Below are positions 19,330-30,101 of a stretch of DNA of 64,000 bases, piece by piece. The notes under the pieces are model-generated. The model was not told where the DNA came from. It ran no database searches and saw nothing but the letters and a program-made list of their open reading frames with translations. The translations under genes and the position numbers were made by a program. The stretch spans positions 1,568,001-1,632,000 of the forward strand of contig OZ219753.1 in NCBI GenBank assembly GCA_964291315.2, in the 5' to 3' direction. The first letter of the stretch is position 1. Each line of letters opens with the position of its first letter. Source of the DNA: Candidatus Poribacteria bacterium (GTDB lineage: Bacteria; Poribacteria; WGA-4E; WGA-3G).

Positions 19330-20937
19330 ATGCTGAAACCCGATACTAGACTTACCTCTATTCTTATCTCTGTTACGTTTGTTATTGCCGTATCAGTGCC
19401 GGCGTTTTCGGTCGATTCTAGTACACACTGGTTGCTTGTGGATGCGACTGCAGAAACACAAGCACACACTCCCCTGAATTCGCTTACTGACCTTTTGACA
19501 ATGCGCGGAAAAGTCCCGAGCGAACAGATCCATCATCTTGAGGGTGACCTCGCTACAGCAGACGAGATTTATGTTCGACTCCAAGCGCTTGGGCAGCAGA
19601 TGCAAGCAGAGGAGACTCTAATTTTTCTATACCACGGGAAGGTAACAAAACCAAAGGGCATGAATGCTATGCATCTGTTAATACCGGGAAGTGCAGACGG
19701 AATTCAAGATGCCACATTTAATAAGTGGCTTAGAGAAAGGCAAAGCGAGCATACCACTGTTATTGTTGATGGCTATACCGACGATACGAATCTAAGTGCT
19801 TACTACGCGAATCGAGAAGTACTCGGGGCTGCTGCCTTGAACTCGATTCAACCAGCCGGAAGCGCTGATGCTACAAAGCTTCTTCAGGCACTTTACGATG
19901 CACTCGCTGCAGACACAACCGATACGGATGATAACAGACAGCTCAGTATTATTGAGGTATACGAACTTTTGCGAATGAATTCAGATTTTACGAATGGCAT
20001 TCTTGCACCAACAGGCGACGTTGAGGCAGCGCTCCTCAAACTCAGCCCCGCACTTAAGATTGAAACACTGCCCGAAGGTGCACAAATTTCTATCAACGAT
20101 GTAGAAGTTGGAACTACACCAAAACTCGTCACAGAGAACCTGCAGCCCGGTACTTCCACAATATCGGTTAAAAAAGCAGGATATCACATGCCGCTGCCTA
20201 AAACTGCTGAATTGCAGCTAGTCCTCGGTGAGTCGGTCCATGTAGGCTGGGTACTTCAGCCTATCACCGTTCACGGCAGCGTCGAAGGCGTTTTAGGTGA
20301 ATCGGTCGAAGACACAATTGTTTGGATTGGTGGAACAAAGCATCAGCAGATTCTAAAGGCAGATGGGGGATTTCGATTCGAGAAACTGACAGTCGGGGAA
20401 ACTTACACGCTTCATGCAAAGCAGGGAGATCTGAACTATGCAGCTGTGACGTTTACATTTGATGGCTATACCAATATAGAGCAGTCTATTCAACTTGTAA
20501 AACGGACATGGTTCGAGATCTCACAAATTGCGTTTGACCAGAACGACCACCAAGGCGCGATCATCGCTTTCCAGAACGGGATTGAGCAAACCGTAGATTT
20601 CCCGAAGCTGTCTCCTGAGTTAACAGTTCTGCTACTCACCTCTTTCGCCGATGCGCTTGACAGGCAAGACGTTCAGGATATTAACTCTCTAGTTGTTACG
20701 GCGAAACTAGCCGAACAGCATGGACAGCCAGACCTGGCAATAAGATATTGGCAAGAGGTCAAAACAAAAGCACAAAAGGGCACTCCTGCTTTGAAACTCG
20801 CGACTCAGCGCCTCTGGCAACTCAATCGCAGTCGCTATCTCTTCAACATCGGTCTCATTGCCGGATTGGTAATTCTGATTGTATCTGGGGCGTGGACGTT
20901 TTATAGATTTCGAAGATCAAAACGAGCGGCTTCCTAG
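19330..20937 (+). CDS. Exported, C-terminally anchored protein with a degenerate caspase-like domain and a PEGA domain
   Basis: Signal peptide; ATADEI..LIFLYHG..VIVDGY..DTDDNRQLSIIEVYE; ETLPEGAQISIND..GTTP (PEGA); C-terminal TM with basic tail. Confidence 0.6.
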   Translation: MLKPDTRLTSILISVTFVIAVSVPAFSVDSSTHWLLVDATAETQAHTPLNSLTDLLTMRGKVPSEQIHHLEGDLATADEIYVRLQALGQQMQAEETLIFLYHGKVTKPKGMNAMHLLIPGSADGIQDATFNKWLRERQSEHTTVIVDGYTDDTNLSAYYANREVLGAAALNSIQPAGSADATKLLQALYDALAADTTDTDDNRQLSIIEVYELLRMNSDFTNGILAPTGDVEAALLKLSPALKIETLPEGAQISINDVEVGTTPKLVTENLQPGTSTISVKKAGYHMPLPKTAELQLVLGESVHVGWVLQPITVHGSVEGVLGESVEDTIVWIGGTKHQQILKADGGFRFEKLTVGETYTLHAKQGDLNYAAVTFTFDGYTNIEQSIQLVKRTWFEISQIAFDQNDHQGAIIAFQNGIEQTVDFPKLSPELTVLLLTSFADALDRQDVQDINSLVVTAKLAEQHGQPDLAIRYWQEVKTKAQKGTPALKLATQRLWQLNRSRYLFNIGLIAGLVILIVSGAWTFYRFRRSKRAAS

Positions 20938-20942
20938 AAATG

Positions 20943-20965
20943 GAGGGGCAGACTTGCCCCTTCTT
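20943..20965. terminator. Probable terminator hairpin
   Basis: gaggggca-gact-tgccccttc between convergent genes. Confidence 0.5.
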
Positions 20966-20996
20966 GTCCGTACCCATCTATTTGTAGCTACCTAAC

Positions 20997-21890
20997 TTAG
21001 TGACGGTATGTCTCATCAATCAGATTGTTTGCAGCCCGGACAGGGCGGAAGAGCGTCTGCCGTTTCGCCGGCATTTCCGCTAAGAGTTTCGGATGCGGAT
21101 CCCAGTCATGCCATTTGCTGTTCACCGTGTTGTAACAACTAAAGATAGCTAGCCGATCGTTACGGGCATTCGTCCATTGATCGGTACTATGTGTCAGTGC
21201 CTCTGTGAAAAACAGCAGTGAGCCGGCAGGACACTCATACGTATCCCATATCGATGAATCTGGACTCTGGATTGTGTCGGGGGCTGTATAGACCGCCTTA
21301 TGGCTTGCTGTAATAAATAGCGTGCCGCCCTGCCTGTATTTGACAGGATTGAGTTCCCAAACCACGCGGGTTAATCCACTGTGTGCTTTGCCTGGAATGC
21401 ACCGATAGAGATGGGAATCCCCGGGGAAACGAAGCATCCCGTTTCCGTTGTGGGGCCCAAAATTGCCATCACCAACAGTGCGATAAAATAGGTTACACGA
21501 TTCCATCCTGAATCCATAGCACTTCTGATTGGATAGGGCAGGGTGAGCGACGAACTCGTTGAGAAAACCGACAACGTTTGGATGATCCGCTAAACGCTGC
21601 AAGGGGCCACCAAGCGGAGAACGCTCGTGTTCTGGGATCGATTCTGGATCATGACGGAGCCGATAGGCGAATTCCTGCATCTGCACCAGCTCGTCGCCGG
21701 AGAGCACACCAGGAACTAAGAGCCAACCGCGCATATCGAACAGATACTTCTGCTCTTGCGCCAGGGCAACGACCGCTGTGCCGTCAGAAGTTGTCGTCGT
21801 GAGTTGGGCCTGTGCTTTTTCCAAGTCAAGTGCTGATCCAAGGTTTTTATCGACAATGAAAGGTTTGCTGTGATTTATGACGTTTGCCAT
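20997..21890 (-). CDS. Phytanoyl-CoA dioxygenase (PhyH) family protein
   Basis: KYLFDMRGWLLVPGVL, PHNG, GGTLFITASHKA and AGSLLFFTEALTH motifs; ATG at 21890. Confidence 0.78.
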   Translation of the reverse strand: MANVINHSKPFIVDKNLGSALDLEKAQAQLTTTTSDGTAVVALAQEQKYLFDMRGWLLVPGVLSGDELVQMQEFAYRLRHDPESIPEHERSPLGGPLQRLADHPNVVGFLNEFVAHPALSNQKCYGFRMESCNLFYRTVGDGNFGPHNGNGMLRFPGDSHLYRCIPGKAHSGLTRVVWELNPVKYRQGGTLFITASHKAVYTAPDTIQSPDSSIWDTYECPAGSLLFFTEALTHSTDQWTNARNDRLAIFSCYNTVNSKWHDWDPHPKLLAEMPAKRQTLFRPVRAANNLIDETYRH

Positions 21891-21927
21891 CAGAAAAATC
21901 CTCTTGATTCGTTGATTATTTGACTTT

Positions 21928-23133
21928 CTATGCAGCTTTAGCGCGTTTGAAGGCATCTTCAGAAACTGTAAGCGTTCTTGCAATGTCTTCATCGGTGTGC
22001 GACATTGACATGAACCAGATATGCTCTTCCGGTAGGTAGAGACCACCATCTAGGGTCGTTTCATAGAAGGTCTTACGGAAACGTTGTTGCCGGTCATCGC
22101 TGCCGTCGGCGTTCACTCCGAAGTATGGCATCGGACCGATCCCTCCAATCCGGGCGTTCTCAATACCTAGCCTCGCCACCATTTCTGTATAGCTGTCCAA
22201 TAGTTTCTGCCCCTGTTTCCACATAAACGCAACCCCATTTTTCGCTTCTAGCTCTTCTATCGTGGCGATTGCGGCTGCGACGAGCGAAACCTCTCCGTGA
22301 AAGGTTGCTGCTACCCAGACATCACTAACTTCATCCATAATTTCTTTCTGACCGACAACGACGGCAGTCGCGAAACCGTTAGCGAGCGCCTTTCCAAAGA
22401 CAGACATGTCAGGCGTGACCCCGAAGTATTCTTGTGCACCACCCAAAGCGTACCGGAAACCAGTCTTGACCTCATCGAAAATCATCAGGGCCCCGTTAGC
22501 ATTAACAAGCTTTTTTGCCTCTTCTAGATAGTTATCTTTCGGGAGATCATGCCCAGAAGGCTCCATAATCAGGCAGGCAATCTCGCCACGGTGTGCTTTA
22601 AACAGATCGGCAAGTCCTTCGAGGTCATTGAAATTGACATTGAGTGTAGAAGCAGCAGTGCTCGGTAAATGGCCGCTGGTGTGGTTACACCAATCGTGCC
22701 ATCCGTGATAGCCTGACCGGATCACTTTTGTTCTATGGGTATAGGCCCGCGCGAACTTAATCGCGCCTGTTGTTGCATCGGATCCACCTACAAAGTAAGC
22801 AACCCTATCGGCTGAAGGGATAATCTGAACCAACTTTTCAGCGAGTTCCACCTCGAGTGTATGCCCGAAATTGTAAACGTTCCCGCGTTCAACAATGTAT
22901 TTTGTGACTTTCTCAATCACCGTGGGATAGGCGTGTCCAAGGATCATAGGTCCATATCCCATTAAATAATCGATATAGTCGTTTCCGTCGGCATCCCAGA
23001 AATGTGCACCTTTCGCACCAGCAATCATAATGGGGTGCGGCGGTTGGCTCCGTTTGTGCGGTTGCCCGCCACCCACCAAGGTAGCTTTTGCACGCTTCTG
23101 CCACGCCAATGATTTTTCAAAACTTCGTCCCAT
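21928..23133 (-). CDS. Class III PLP aminotransferase (GSA aminomutase-like)
   Basis: DADGNDYIDY, GYHGWHD, IFDEVKTGFR and PD..VFGKALANG. Confidence 0.9.
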   Translation of the reverse strand: MGRSFEKSLAWQKRAKATLVGGGQPHKRSQPPHPIMIAGAKGAHFWDADGNDYIDYLMGYGPMILGHAYPTVIEKVTKYIVERGNVYNFGHTLEVELAEKLVQIIPSADRVAYFVGGSDATTGAIKFARAYTHRTKVIRSGYHGWHDWCNHTSGHLPSTAASTLNVNFNDLEGLADLFKAHRGEIACLIMEPSGHDLPKDNYLEEAKKLVNANGALMIFDEVKTGFRYALGGAQEYFGVTPDMSVFGKALANGFATAVVVGQKEIMDEVSDVWVAATFHGEVSLVAAAIATIEELEAKNGVAFMWKQGQKLLDSYTEMVARLGIENARIGGIGPMPYFGVNADGSDDRQQRFRKTFYETTLDGGLYLPEEHIWFMSMSHTDEDIARTLTVSEDAFKRAKAA

Positions 23134-23372
23134 TCTGAAACCTCCAAGTTCGTACTACGGCCATAAGCATTGCCTCCAACTTTTTGACTATTTTACCACA
23201 ACTTCGGATTTGATAGAAAGAATTTCTCGCTTTTCCCGCCGACACCTAACGGAGTTGGATTCCAAAACCGGCTACCCCCTTGAAAATTCTACAATTTTGT
23301 GAAATAATTGGAATAATCAGACGCTTGTAAATAGACAAAAAAGCAAGTCTCAAAAAGAGGAAGGAACAAAGA

Positions 23373-24746
23373 ATGGCAGCACACCTTTTAACAGACGCGC
23401 AGATGCGAGATTTTATTGTGAAGGGGTACCTCACCGTCACAACTGACTTGCCTGCACAATTTCACCATATGATCTATGAAAAGACAACGGCTGTCTTTGA
23501 TAAAGAAGGCAATCCCGGTAATAACCTCGTGCCGCGGATACCCGAAATTCAGAGCGTTCTCGGCGATCCAAACGTTAAAGGAGCCTTGACAAGCTTACTA
23601 GGCGCGGATTATTACATGCAACCGCACCGGCATGCACACTATAATCCGCCGGGTAGCAAGGGGCAGAGGATGCACCAAGATGGTGGAAAACGCTGGTCCC
23701 ATCATACACGCCGGTTGCTGGTCTTCTATTATCCGCAAGATACGCCGCTTGAACTCGGTCCTACAGGCGTCGTTCCCATGAGCCACTACTATAGTACCCG
23801 GGAAGGGGCACAGGTATCCCCTGAACACCCTATCGTTGGCAAAGCCGGAACTGTTGCCTTTGCGAACTACGACCTCTGGCACCGTGCCATGCCTAACAGT
23901 AGCGGGAAAAGACGTTACATGATGAAATTTCTCTATACCCGGATGTCGGAACCCCGGGAACCTACTTGGGCAAATAACGCAACAGACTGGGCAAATGGGT
24001 CTCCTATAGGACCTGCAGAACATCAAGGAATGTTCAGACACCTCTGGAATTGGCATCGCGGCGTTGAAAATAATAGCACCTCCAGAATATCAAACGGCGA
24101 ATCGATCTCCAGTTTAATCAGCTCTCTTAACAGTACATCGGAGTCGGTCGGGCTGCAAGCAGCTTATGAATTACCTCGATGTGGTGAGACGGCAGTGTTT
24201 GCTCTGGTGAAGTGTTTGCAAGATGAATCCGAGATGACGCGCCGAAACGCATGTTACGCTCTCAACGCAGTAGGAACCCCAGTCGTTGAACACCTGCATG
24301 AGGCGTTGAAAGATTCCAAGGAATACGTTCGGGATAGCGCAGTAGAAGCACTAGGCGACTTAGGCAACAAGGCAGAACCTGCTGTGCCAGCATTGCTCAA
24401 GACGCTTGAGGACCCTTCGCGTTCTGTCCGTTTGCATGCTATAGAGGCATTAGGTACAACGAGTCAGTCAAGCTCAATCGCTGTTTCTAAGATTGTGGAA
24501 GCATTAAAGGATGAAAACGAGGGCATCCGCCGAAATGCAGCTTTCGCCTTGGCGCGGATCGGTAAAGATGCCCCCGGCGCGGTTGAAGGATTGCAAAATG
24601 TGTTGTTCGATGTGAATCGTTACGTGCGGGCGGACGCTGTGCATGCCCTCTACCGTATCGGAACACCGGCAGCGACAGCGACCCTCCTGCATTATCTTGA
24701 AACAACGCGCTGGTGTCCTTTAACCTCAAAAGAGAGCACGTTTTAA
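23373..24746 (+). CDS. PhyH-family dioxygenase fused to HEAT/PBS repeats
   Basis: HQDG and WHRA motifs, then repeats such as VRDSAVEALGDLG, VRLHAIEALG and IRRNAAFALARIG. Confidence 0.8.
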   Translation: MAAHLLTDAQMRDFIVKGYLTVTTDLPAQFHHMIYEKTTAVFDKEGNPGNNLVPRIPEIQSVLGDPNVKGALTSLLGADYYMQPHRHAHYNPPGSKGQRMHQDGGKRWSHHTRRLLVFYYPQDTPLELGPTGVVPMSHYYSTREGAQVSPEHPIVGKAGTVAFANYDLWHRAMPNSSGKRRYMMKFLYTRMSEPREPTWANNATDWANGSPIGPAEHQGMFRHLWNWHRGVENNSTSRISNGESISSLISSLNSTSESVGLQAAYELPRCGETAVFALVKCLQDESEMTRRNACYALNAVGTPVVEHLHEALKDSKEYVRDSAVEALGDLGNKAEPAVPALLKTLEDPSRSVRLHAIEALGTTSQSSSIAVSKIVEALKDENEGIRRNAAFALARIGKDAPGAVEGLQNVLFDVNRYVRADAVHALYRIGTPAATATLLHYLETTRWCPLTSKESTF

Positions 24747-24797
24747 GCAGGATTAGGACACGGTTTAGTGATTTTACATAGATGTAATGAACGCGGT

Positions 24798-25514
24798 CTA
24801 AGTGAAAAATTCTTCGTTATATGGACGAACATCCACTTCAAAGGTCCAGGCACTCCGTTCCTGTTGTATCAGAGCCCAATAGGTATCCGCAATTGCCTCA
24901 GGTTCAAGGAGTGGTTCGTTTTCTCTAAGTTTATAACGCTGACGTACCCCGGGGGTATCAATGACACCGTCAATAATAACGTGTGCAACATGAATGCCCT
25001 GCGGTCCGAGCTCACGAGCAAGGGCAGATGCTAAGCCGCGCGTGGCATACTTCGCACTACTGAAAGCCGATGCTCCTGCTCTACCGCGGACAGCAGAAGT
25101 GGCACCCGTGAAGAGTATATTTCCGTCACCTTTCTGGAGCATCCCCGGTACAACCTGTTTTGAACAGAGAAAGCCGCCGAGCGTGCAAACGCGCCACGCG
25201 CCTTCGAACGCCTCCGGAGTGAGATCGGCAAAACTACCCCAAGCGGCGTTCCCCGCATGATTCACAAGGATATCCGGATCACCAAGCTCTTCTCGGATGC
25301 GCGCGAAACTTTCCGCGACCTGCTTAGCCTCGGCAATATCTGTGGAAATAGGTATAACCTTACGTCCAGATCCTGTCAATCTTGTGGAGAGGTTTTTTAT
25401 ATAGGCAGATGAGCGAGACAGGAGGGCTACGTCACACCCTTCCTGTACAAATTTACGGGCAAGAGCAGCCCCTAAGCCGGGACCCACACCCGCAATAACT
25501 GCTATTTTTTCCAT
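24798..25514 (-). CDS. Short-chain dehydrogenase/reductase
   Basis: AGVGPGLG, NHAG, FTGATS.RG and FSSAK motifs. Confidence 0.88.
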   Translation of the reverse strand: MEKIAVIAGVGPGLGAALARKFVQEGCDVALLSRSSAYIKNLSTRLTGSGRKVIPISTDIAEAKQVAESFARIREELGDPDILVNHAGNAAWGSFADLTPEAFEGAWRVCTLGGFLCSKQVVPGMLQKGDGNILFTGATSAVRGRAGASAFSSAKYATRGLASALARELGPQGIHVAHVIIDGVIDTPGVRQRYKLRENEPLLEPEAIADTYWALIQQERSAWTFEVDVRPYNEEFFT

Positions 25515-25786
25515 ATTGATTCCTTCTTATCGCAAATTGTCAAAATACGCGAAATATGTAGAAACACCTTGGGGAACTCTGGGCGTACCCTCACTATGAG
25601 TAAATGAGGTTTTCAGCCACACCGGCCCTCTGTTCACTGTATTCTATAATCTATCGTTTTAAGAGCAAAAAGCTAAATTAACTTTCCACAGATTATTTCG
25701 TCAGGAATACACGCCGCATTTCCAATTTAGTCAAATAGAAAAGAGAAAGGTTCGCTCTTTATCTCTCTATTTGGTTAAGGATAATT

Positions 25787-26800
25787 TTACAAGTTTGGCA
25801 TATCGACTGCACTATTTCTGCGTTTGTGCATATTCTTTTCCATCGCTTCAGGGTATCGATCTGGCAGATGCGAGACTTCGTTGAGTTTTTCGAGCACGTT
25901 GCCTTCAAGTCGCCACCCTGCTGCACCGAGATTGTCCCGCAAATGTCTTGTGTGCCTTGCGCCGACAATCACTGAAGTCATTGTACGCTGTTCGAGTATC
26001 CACCGTAGCGCGACTTGTGCAGGGCTACGTCCAAGTTCATCAGAAACTTGGAGAAGGGTTTGCAATGTTTCATCTGCATTTTCTGCAAAATACGGTTGTG
26101 GGTATGCCCAACCTTCAGCGGATCGGGTGCCGTCTTGTGTCCGTTCTCCGGGTCTGTATTTACCAGATAGGAATCCGCCCGCCAATGGGCTCCATACGAC
26201 AACACCTAATCCTTTGAGTTCACAGAGCGGAACGAGCTCTTGCTCTATATCCCGTACAACGAGGCTGTATTGCGGTTGATAACAAGAGAAACGGGTCCAT
26301 CCGTGGATATCGCTAATCCATAACGCTTCGCAGAGTCGCCACGCTTGATAGTTACTGCAGGCCGTATAGCGGACTTTCCCTTGCTGAACAAGATTATCGA
26401 GTGCCTGGAGCATCTCTTCTAATGGGGTCTGCGAATCAACGTGGTGAATATAGTAGATGTCTACGTAATCCATCTGTAGACGTTTGAGACTGTCGTCAAT
26501 CGCCTGCATGATATGGACGCGAGACATGCCAGAGTCGTTGGGTCCGGTGCCCATGGGGTTGAAGAATTTGGTTGCGACTATTGCATCACGCCGTCTACCT
26601 TTGAGTGCTTTACCGAGCAAAATTTCAGATTCTCCATCACCGTAGGAATTGGCAGTATCAAAAAAGTTCACACCTGCATCACAGGCGAGATGTACCATCC
26701 GGTTCGATTCAGCTTCATCGGCGCCGTGCCCAAAAGTCATTGTGCCTAAACAGATTTCAGATACTTTGACTCCACTTTTCCCCAACCTTCTATATTCCAC
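25787..26800 (-). CDS. Aldo/keto reductase
   Basis: LGTMTFG, FFDTANSYG, SLKRLQMDYVDIYYIH and WSPLAGGFLSGKY. Confidence 0.92.
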   Translation of the reverse strand: MEYRRLGKSGVKVSEICLGTMTFGHGADEAESNRMVHLACDAGVNFFDTANSYGDGESEILLGKALKGRRRDAIVATKFFNPMGTGPNDSGMSRVHIMQAIDDSLKRLQMDYVDIYYIHHVDSQTPLEEMLQALDNLVQQGKVRYTACSNYQAWRLCEALWISDIHGWTRFSCYQPQYSLVVRDIEQELVPLCELKGLGVVVWSPLAGGFLSGKYRPGERTQDGTRSAEGWAYPQPYFAENADETLQTLLQVSDELGRSPAQVALRWILEQRTMTSVIVGARHTRHLRDNLGAAGWRLEGNVLEKLNEVSHLPDRYPEAMEKNMHKRRNSAVDMPNL

Positions 26801-26984
26801 GTTTTCCCTCCAATTTATAGACAGCTGTGAACAGATTCGGCTCTACGGAATGCATGTCCCATAAAGTTAAACATATCTTACAATCAAAATGCGTTTGAAT
26901 AATTATTTGGCTCCTTCCGGATAAAACGGGAACTTGCAGAACCTAACAGGTTATGCGACAAGGACTAAAAAGACATAGAGGAAA

Positions 26985-29900
26985 CTAAAAGCTTATGTTA
27001 CGAGTGTCGGAGAGGGACAGATCGGGCAACCTCTTAACAATCTCCACCGTCTTTAGACTGACACTGATAACGCGCGCCACTAAATCCACAATATACCGCG
27101 GCGCATCCGAACGATTTGGATCGTTGACCAACCCACTCCGACTGTGCGTCTTGACGCGATACTGATCTATCACCCACTCCAACGCCGAACGAGTGCCTAA
27201 CCGATATTCAAACGCCTCGGCAGGAATGCCCTCCAACGTCAAGAAGTCGTTATATTTCAACTGTGTTTTGTCTTTGGACAGCTTCATCTTCTCCACGCGC
27301 CAATCTACGGGGGTGTCGGGCGTTTCTCTGTATTTCAACGGGAACTTCTGTGCGGCTTCGTAGTTGACGTGGAGCTCTGCGAGTTGTGCCCCTGCGGTAG
27401 CGAACGCCCAGAAGTCTGTCGCGAACGGCATATGCGGCAGATCGCGCTTGAGGTTCGCCTCGTATCTCTCTCGGTAGTCTGGATGATGCAGGAGGCCATA
27501 GGTGTAGTGGAAGATGTCCCACTTGCTGATGGCATCGTCCTTGTAGTGAGAGCGGAACGTGAATAACGCCCAATCGGTGATATTTTCGCGGCGGTTCGAG
27601 CCGTCTTCATTGTAGCTGTAGAAAGGGAACGACTGATTCGCATCGACTATACCAAGGCACGGGATCGCAGCTACCATCAATGGGTGAAAAGGTTTCTTGC
27701 TGCCGATACCGTTGACACAGAGCACCCGATTTTCTGATTCCGTCTCCGGCGTAGGGAAGATAGATGGAAAGCCTGCTACCCTATGGTTCATCATTCGGTC
27801 AAAGTAGAGGTTGGATTTCGTAAAAGGTCGATAGAGACTGGAACGGATTTTCGCATCTGTAAATGCTGTGGTCTGACCGCTCTGTAGTTTCTGCTTTAAC
27901 GTCGAACTCCACTTGATTTTTGTATCGTCGTAGACCACAAAATTATCAACGTTCGCCTCCCTATTTGTTCGTTGTGTCCAGCGTGCCACCTCTGCGTTGT
28001 AATTTTCAATCATCCGACTTATATTTTCAGTGAGCGCGTCTCGGTTGAAATTGTAGACCCACGCATCACGAGCCGTCCCCACGCCGTTGCTATAGGTTTT
28101 GAAAATTACTTCTGTTGCAGCCCCCTTTTTTGCCTTCGCTGCCTTAGTCCCGATCGGAACAAAGGTCTCGAATTCAGGACGGAGCCGTTCCGTGAGCCAG
28201 GTATGGTGCCCATCAGGTGTTATTTGCCGCCATTCAACCTTTTGGTAATTCTGCTTGGAATCGAGGTAGTGATGTTTCTCTTCCTTTCGCCAAAATTTAT
28301 TAACACTTGCATAGAAGATTTCGGTGGGATTTGAATATGTCTTGACAGAATTTCTCTTGATGAGAAAATTGATACTCACTCCAACCTGAATGCCAAAAAC
28401 ATTATGAGTTGTTCCAGACAACTTCGGATTCTGGCGGACATCCCCGCCTAGATCCAAAACGTAAATCGCATTGAAATCCTGTGCCAAGTGTTTTCGCATG
28501 CCATCAAACGCAATGCCGTCGAGAAAACTATTGTTCGTCACAAGTGCCACGATGCCCTCCTCTCCAATTCGCTGTGATGCCCATAAAATTGCTTTCACAT
28601 ACGGATCCGAGAGCGCGTTTTTGTTCGAAGCTTTTGAATCTTGCGAATAGGTGTCCCGCAACAGCGCATCCATGAGCGGATACTTCCGGTTCTTGTTGTT
28701 GTCGTTTTCACTGACTTGCCGGGTGTTGTAAGGGGGATTGCCGATCACCACGAACATGTCCGCTGACTTCTGCCGCTTCACGCGCTCCGTGTTTTCGCGC
28801 GTGAAGAGCTGGCCCTGCTCCTGCTCAAGCAGCTCGAATGTATCCGCCAGCACGATACCCTCAAACGGCAGATACGCACCAGTCCGACGGAAGTATTCCT
28901 GCTCAATGTTTAGGCTGGCAATGTAATACGGCAACAGCATCACCTCGTTGCAGTGCAGCTCCCCACGGTATTTCGTCTCGAGTGTCGTGCCTTGAATGTC
29001 TTGCATCAGCCGCACGATGAAGTTGCCCGTGCCGACAAACGGGTCGATGATATGCACACCACTATCTGACAGCGAACGATCAAACTCGGCCTCTAATAGA
29101 TGCTGCACGCTATTGACCATGAAATCCACGATCGGCTGCGGCGTGTAGACAATGCCGTGTGTGTCGGCTGTATCTTCGGAGAACCCTTGAAAGAACTGCT
29201 CATAGAATGTATTGAGGAAGTGCTGTTTCTGTGAGAAGTCTTTGCAGAATAACGCCGCCTGTTCAATAGCACTGTAGAAACGATCTAAAGGCTCAAGAAA
29301 CACATCCCGGCTGAACGCTCTATGGATCAGTTTATCCACCACGTTTTCAATCTCGCGGGCGATGATGTTCCGGCGCGTGAAATCGGAGTTATTAAACACC
29401 GTGCGGAAGATGCGTTCGGTGAGGATATGTTGGATCAGCATCTCCTCGACTTCATCGTGTGAGAGCTCGGGGTTAATCGCCGTGCGACAGGTCTCATAAA
29501 AGCTGGCAAATGCCGCTTGGAACCCTGCGTCCCCGGTGTGCTGCTCCTCTATGAGCTGCTTCAACTTGCCAGCCAGGGCCGGCACATGTTCCTTGAAGTC
29601 GTTGACAGCCGACTGCCAATTTTCCAGTGCTGGCGGCACGTAAGCAAACAGAGCTTCCAGGGCAGCGATCAGAGAGACCGGGGCAGTAATGTCTACATCG
29701 AGCACCTCTGCTCCGTTCTGATACAAAATAGCACGCTGTGGGTTCTGGAACAGGATGTTGTCTAGCGGATACCCCGCCGCGCGTTTCTCCTCAACGGCTT
29801 TAGGGAGATCGTCATCAATATCTTTTGCCTCCCAGTAGGCGAGCGGCAGGCTGTATTCATCCAAGATAGCGCCGTCTATGATGATACGGTTTCCGTTGGG

Positions 29901-30083
29901 GGCGTGCATCTGATATTGCGGGATGAGCGTCGCTTTCATCTGCTTCGCGCAAGTATCGAGCAAGAAGGCGAACGGATTGCTGACTGCCCCCTCGTGCGTT
30001 GCCTTGTGCTGGTCGTATGCCTGCAGCGTGGCGTAATAGTCGCGGATCGGTTTGTGGGTGGGTTTGAGTTTGAGTTGTGGCAT
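26985..30083 (-). CDS. Single-chain restriction-modification enzyme (nuclease + N6A MTase + type ISP-like target recognition domain, no helicase)
   Basis: N-terminal IDG...YWEAKD, GIVYTP, DPFVGTG, IGNPPY, C-terminal LYRPF and EWVIDQY. Confidence 0.85.
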   Translation of the reverse strand: MPQLKLKPTHKPIRDYYATLQAYDQHKATHEGAVSNPFAFLLDTCAKQMKATLIPQYQMHAPNGNRIIIDGAILDEYSLPLAYWEAKDIDDDLPKAVEEKRAAGYPLDNILFQNPQRAILYQNGAEVLDVDITAPVSLIAALEALFAYVPPALENWQSAVNDFKEHVPALAGKLKQLIEEQHTGDAGFQAAFASFYETCRTAINPELSHDEVEEMLIQHILTERIFRTVFNNSDFTRRNIIAREIENVVDKLIHRAFSRDVFLEPLDRFYSAIEQAALFCKDFSQKQHFLNTFYEQFFQGFSEDTADTHGIVYTPQPIVDFMVNSVQHLLEAEFDRSLSDSGVHIIDPFVGTGNFIVRLMQDIQGTTLETKYRGELHCNEVMLLPYYIASLNIEQEYFRRTGAYLPFEGIVLADTFELLEQEQGQLFTRENTERVKRQKSADMFVVIGNPPYNTRQVSENDNNKNRKYPLMDALLRDTYSQDSKASNKNALSDPYVKAILWASQRIGEEGIVALVTNNSFLDGIAFDGMRKHLAQDFNAIYVLDLGGDVRQNPKLSGTTHNVFGIQVGVSINFLIKRNSVKTYSNPTEIFYASVNKFWRKEEKHHYLDSKQNYQKVEWRQITPDGHHTWLTERLRPEFETFVPIGTKAAKAKKGAATEVIFKTYSNGVGTARDAWVYNFNRDALTENISRMIENYNAEVARWTQRTNREANVDNFVVYDDTKIKWSSTLKQKLQSGQTTAFTDAKIRSSLYRPFTKSNLYFDRMMNHRVAGFPSIFPTPETESENRVLCVNGIGSKKPFHPLMVAAIPCLGIVDANQSFPFYSYNEDGSNRRENITDWALFTFRSHYKDDAISKWDIFHYTYGLLHHPDYRERYEANLKRDLPHMPFATDFWAFATAGAQLAELHVNYEAAQKFPLKYRETPDTPVDWRVEKMKLSKDKTQLKYNDFLTLEGIPAEAFEYRLGTRSALEWVIDQYRVKTHSRSGLVNDPNRSDAPRYIVDLVARVISVSLKTVEIVKRLPDLSLSDTRNISF

Positions 30084-30101
30084 ACGGATATAATAGTAGA
30101 T

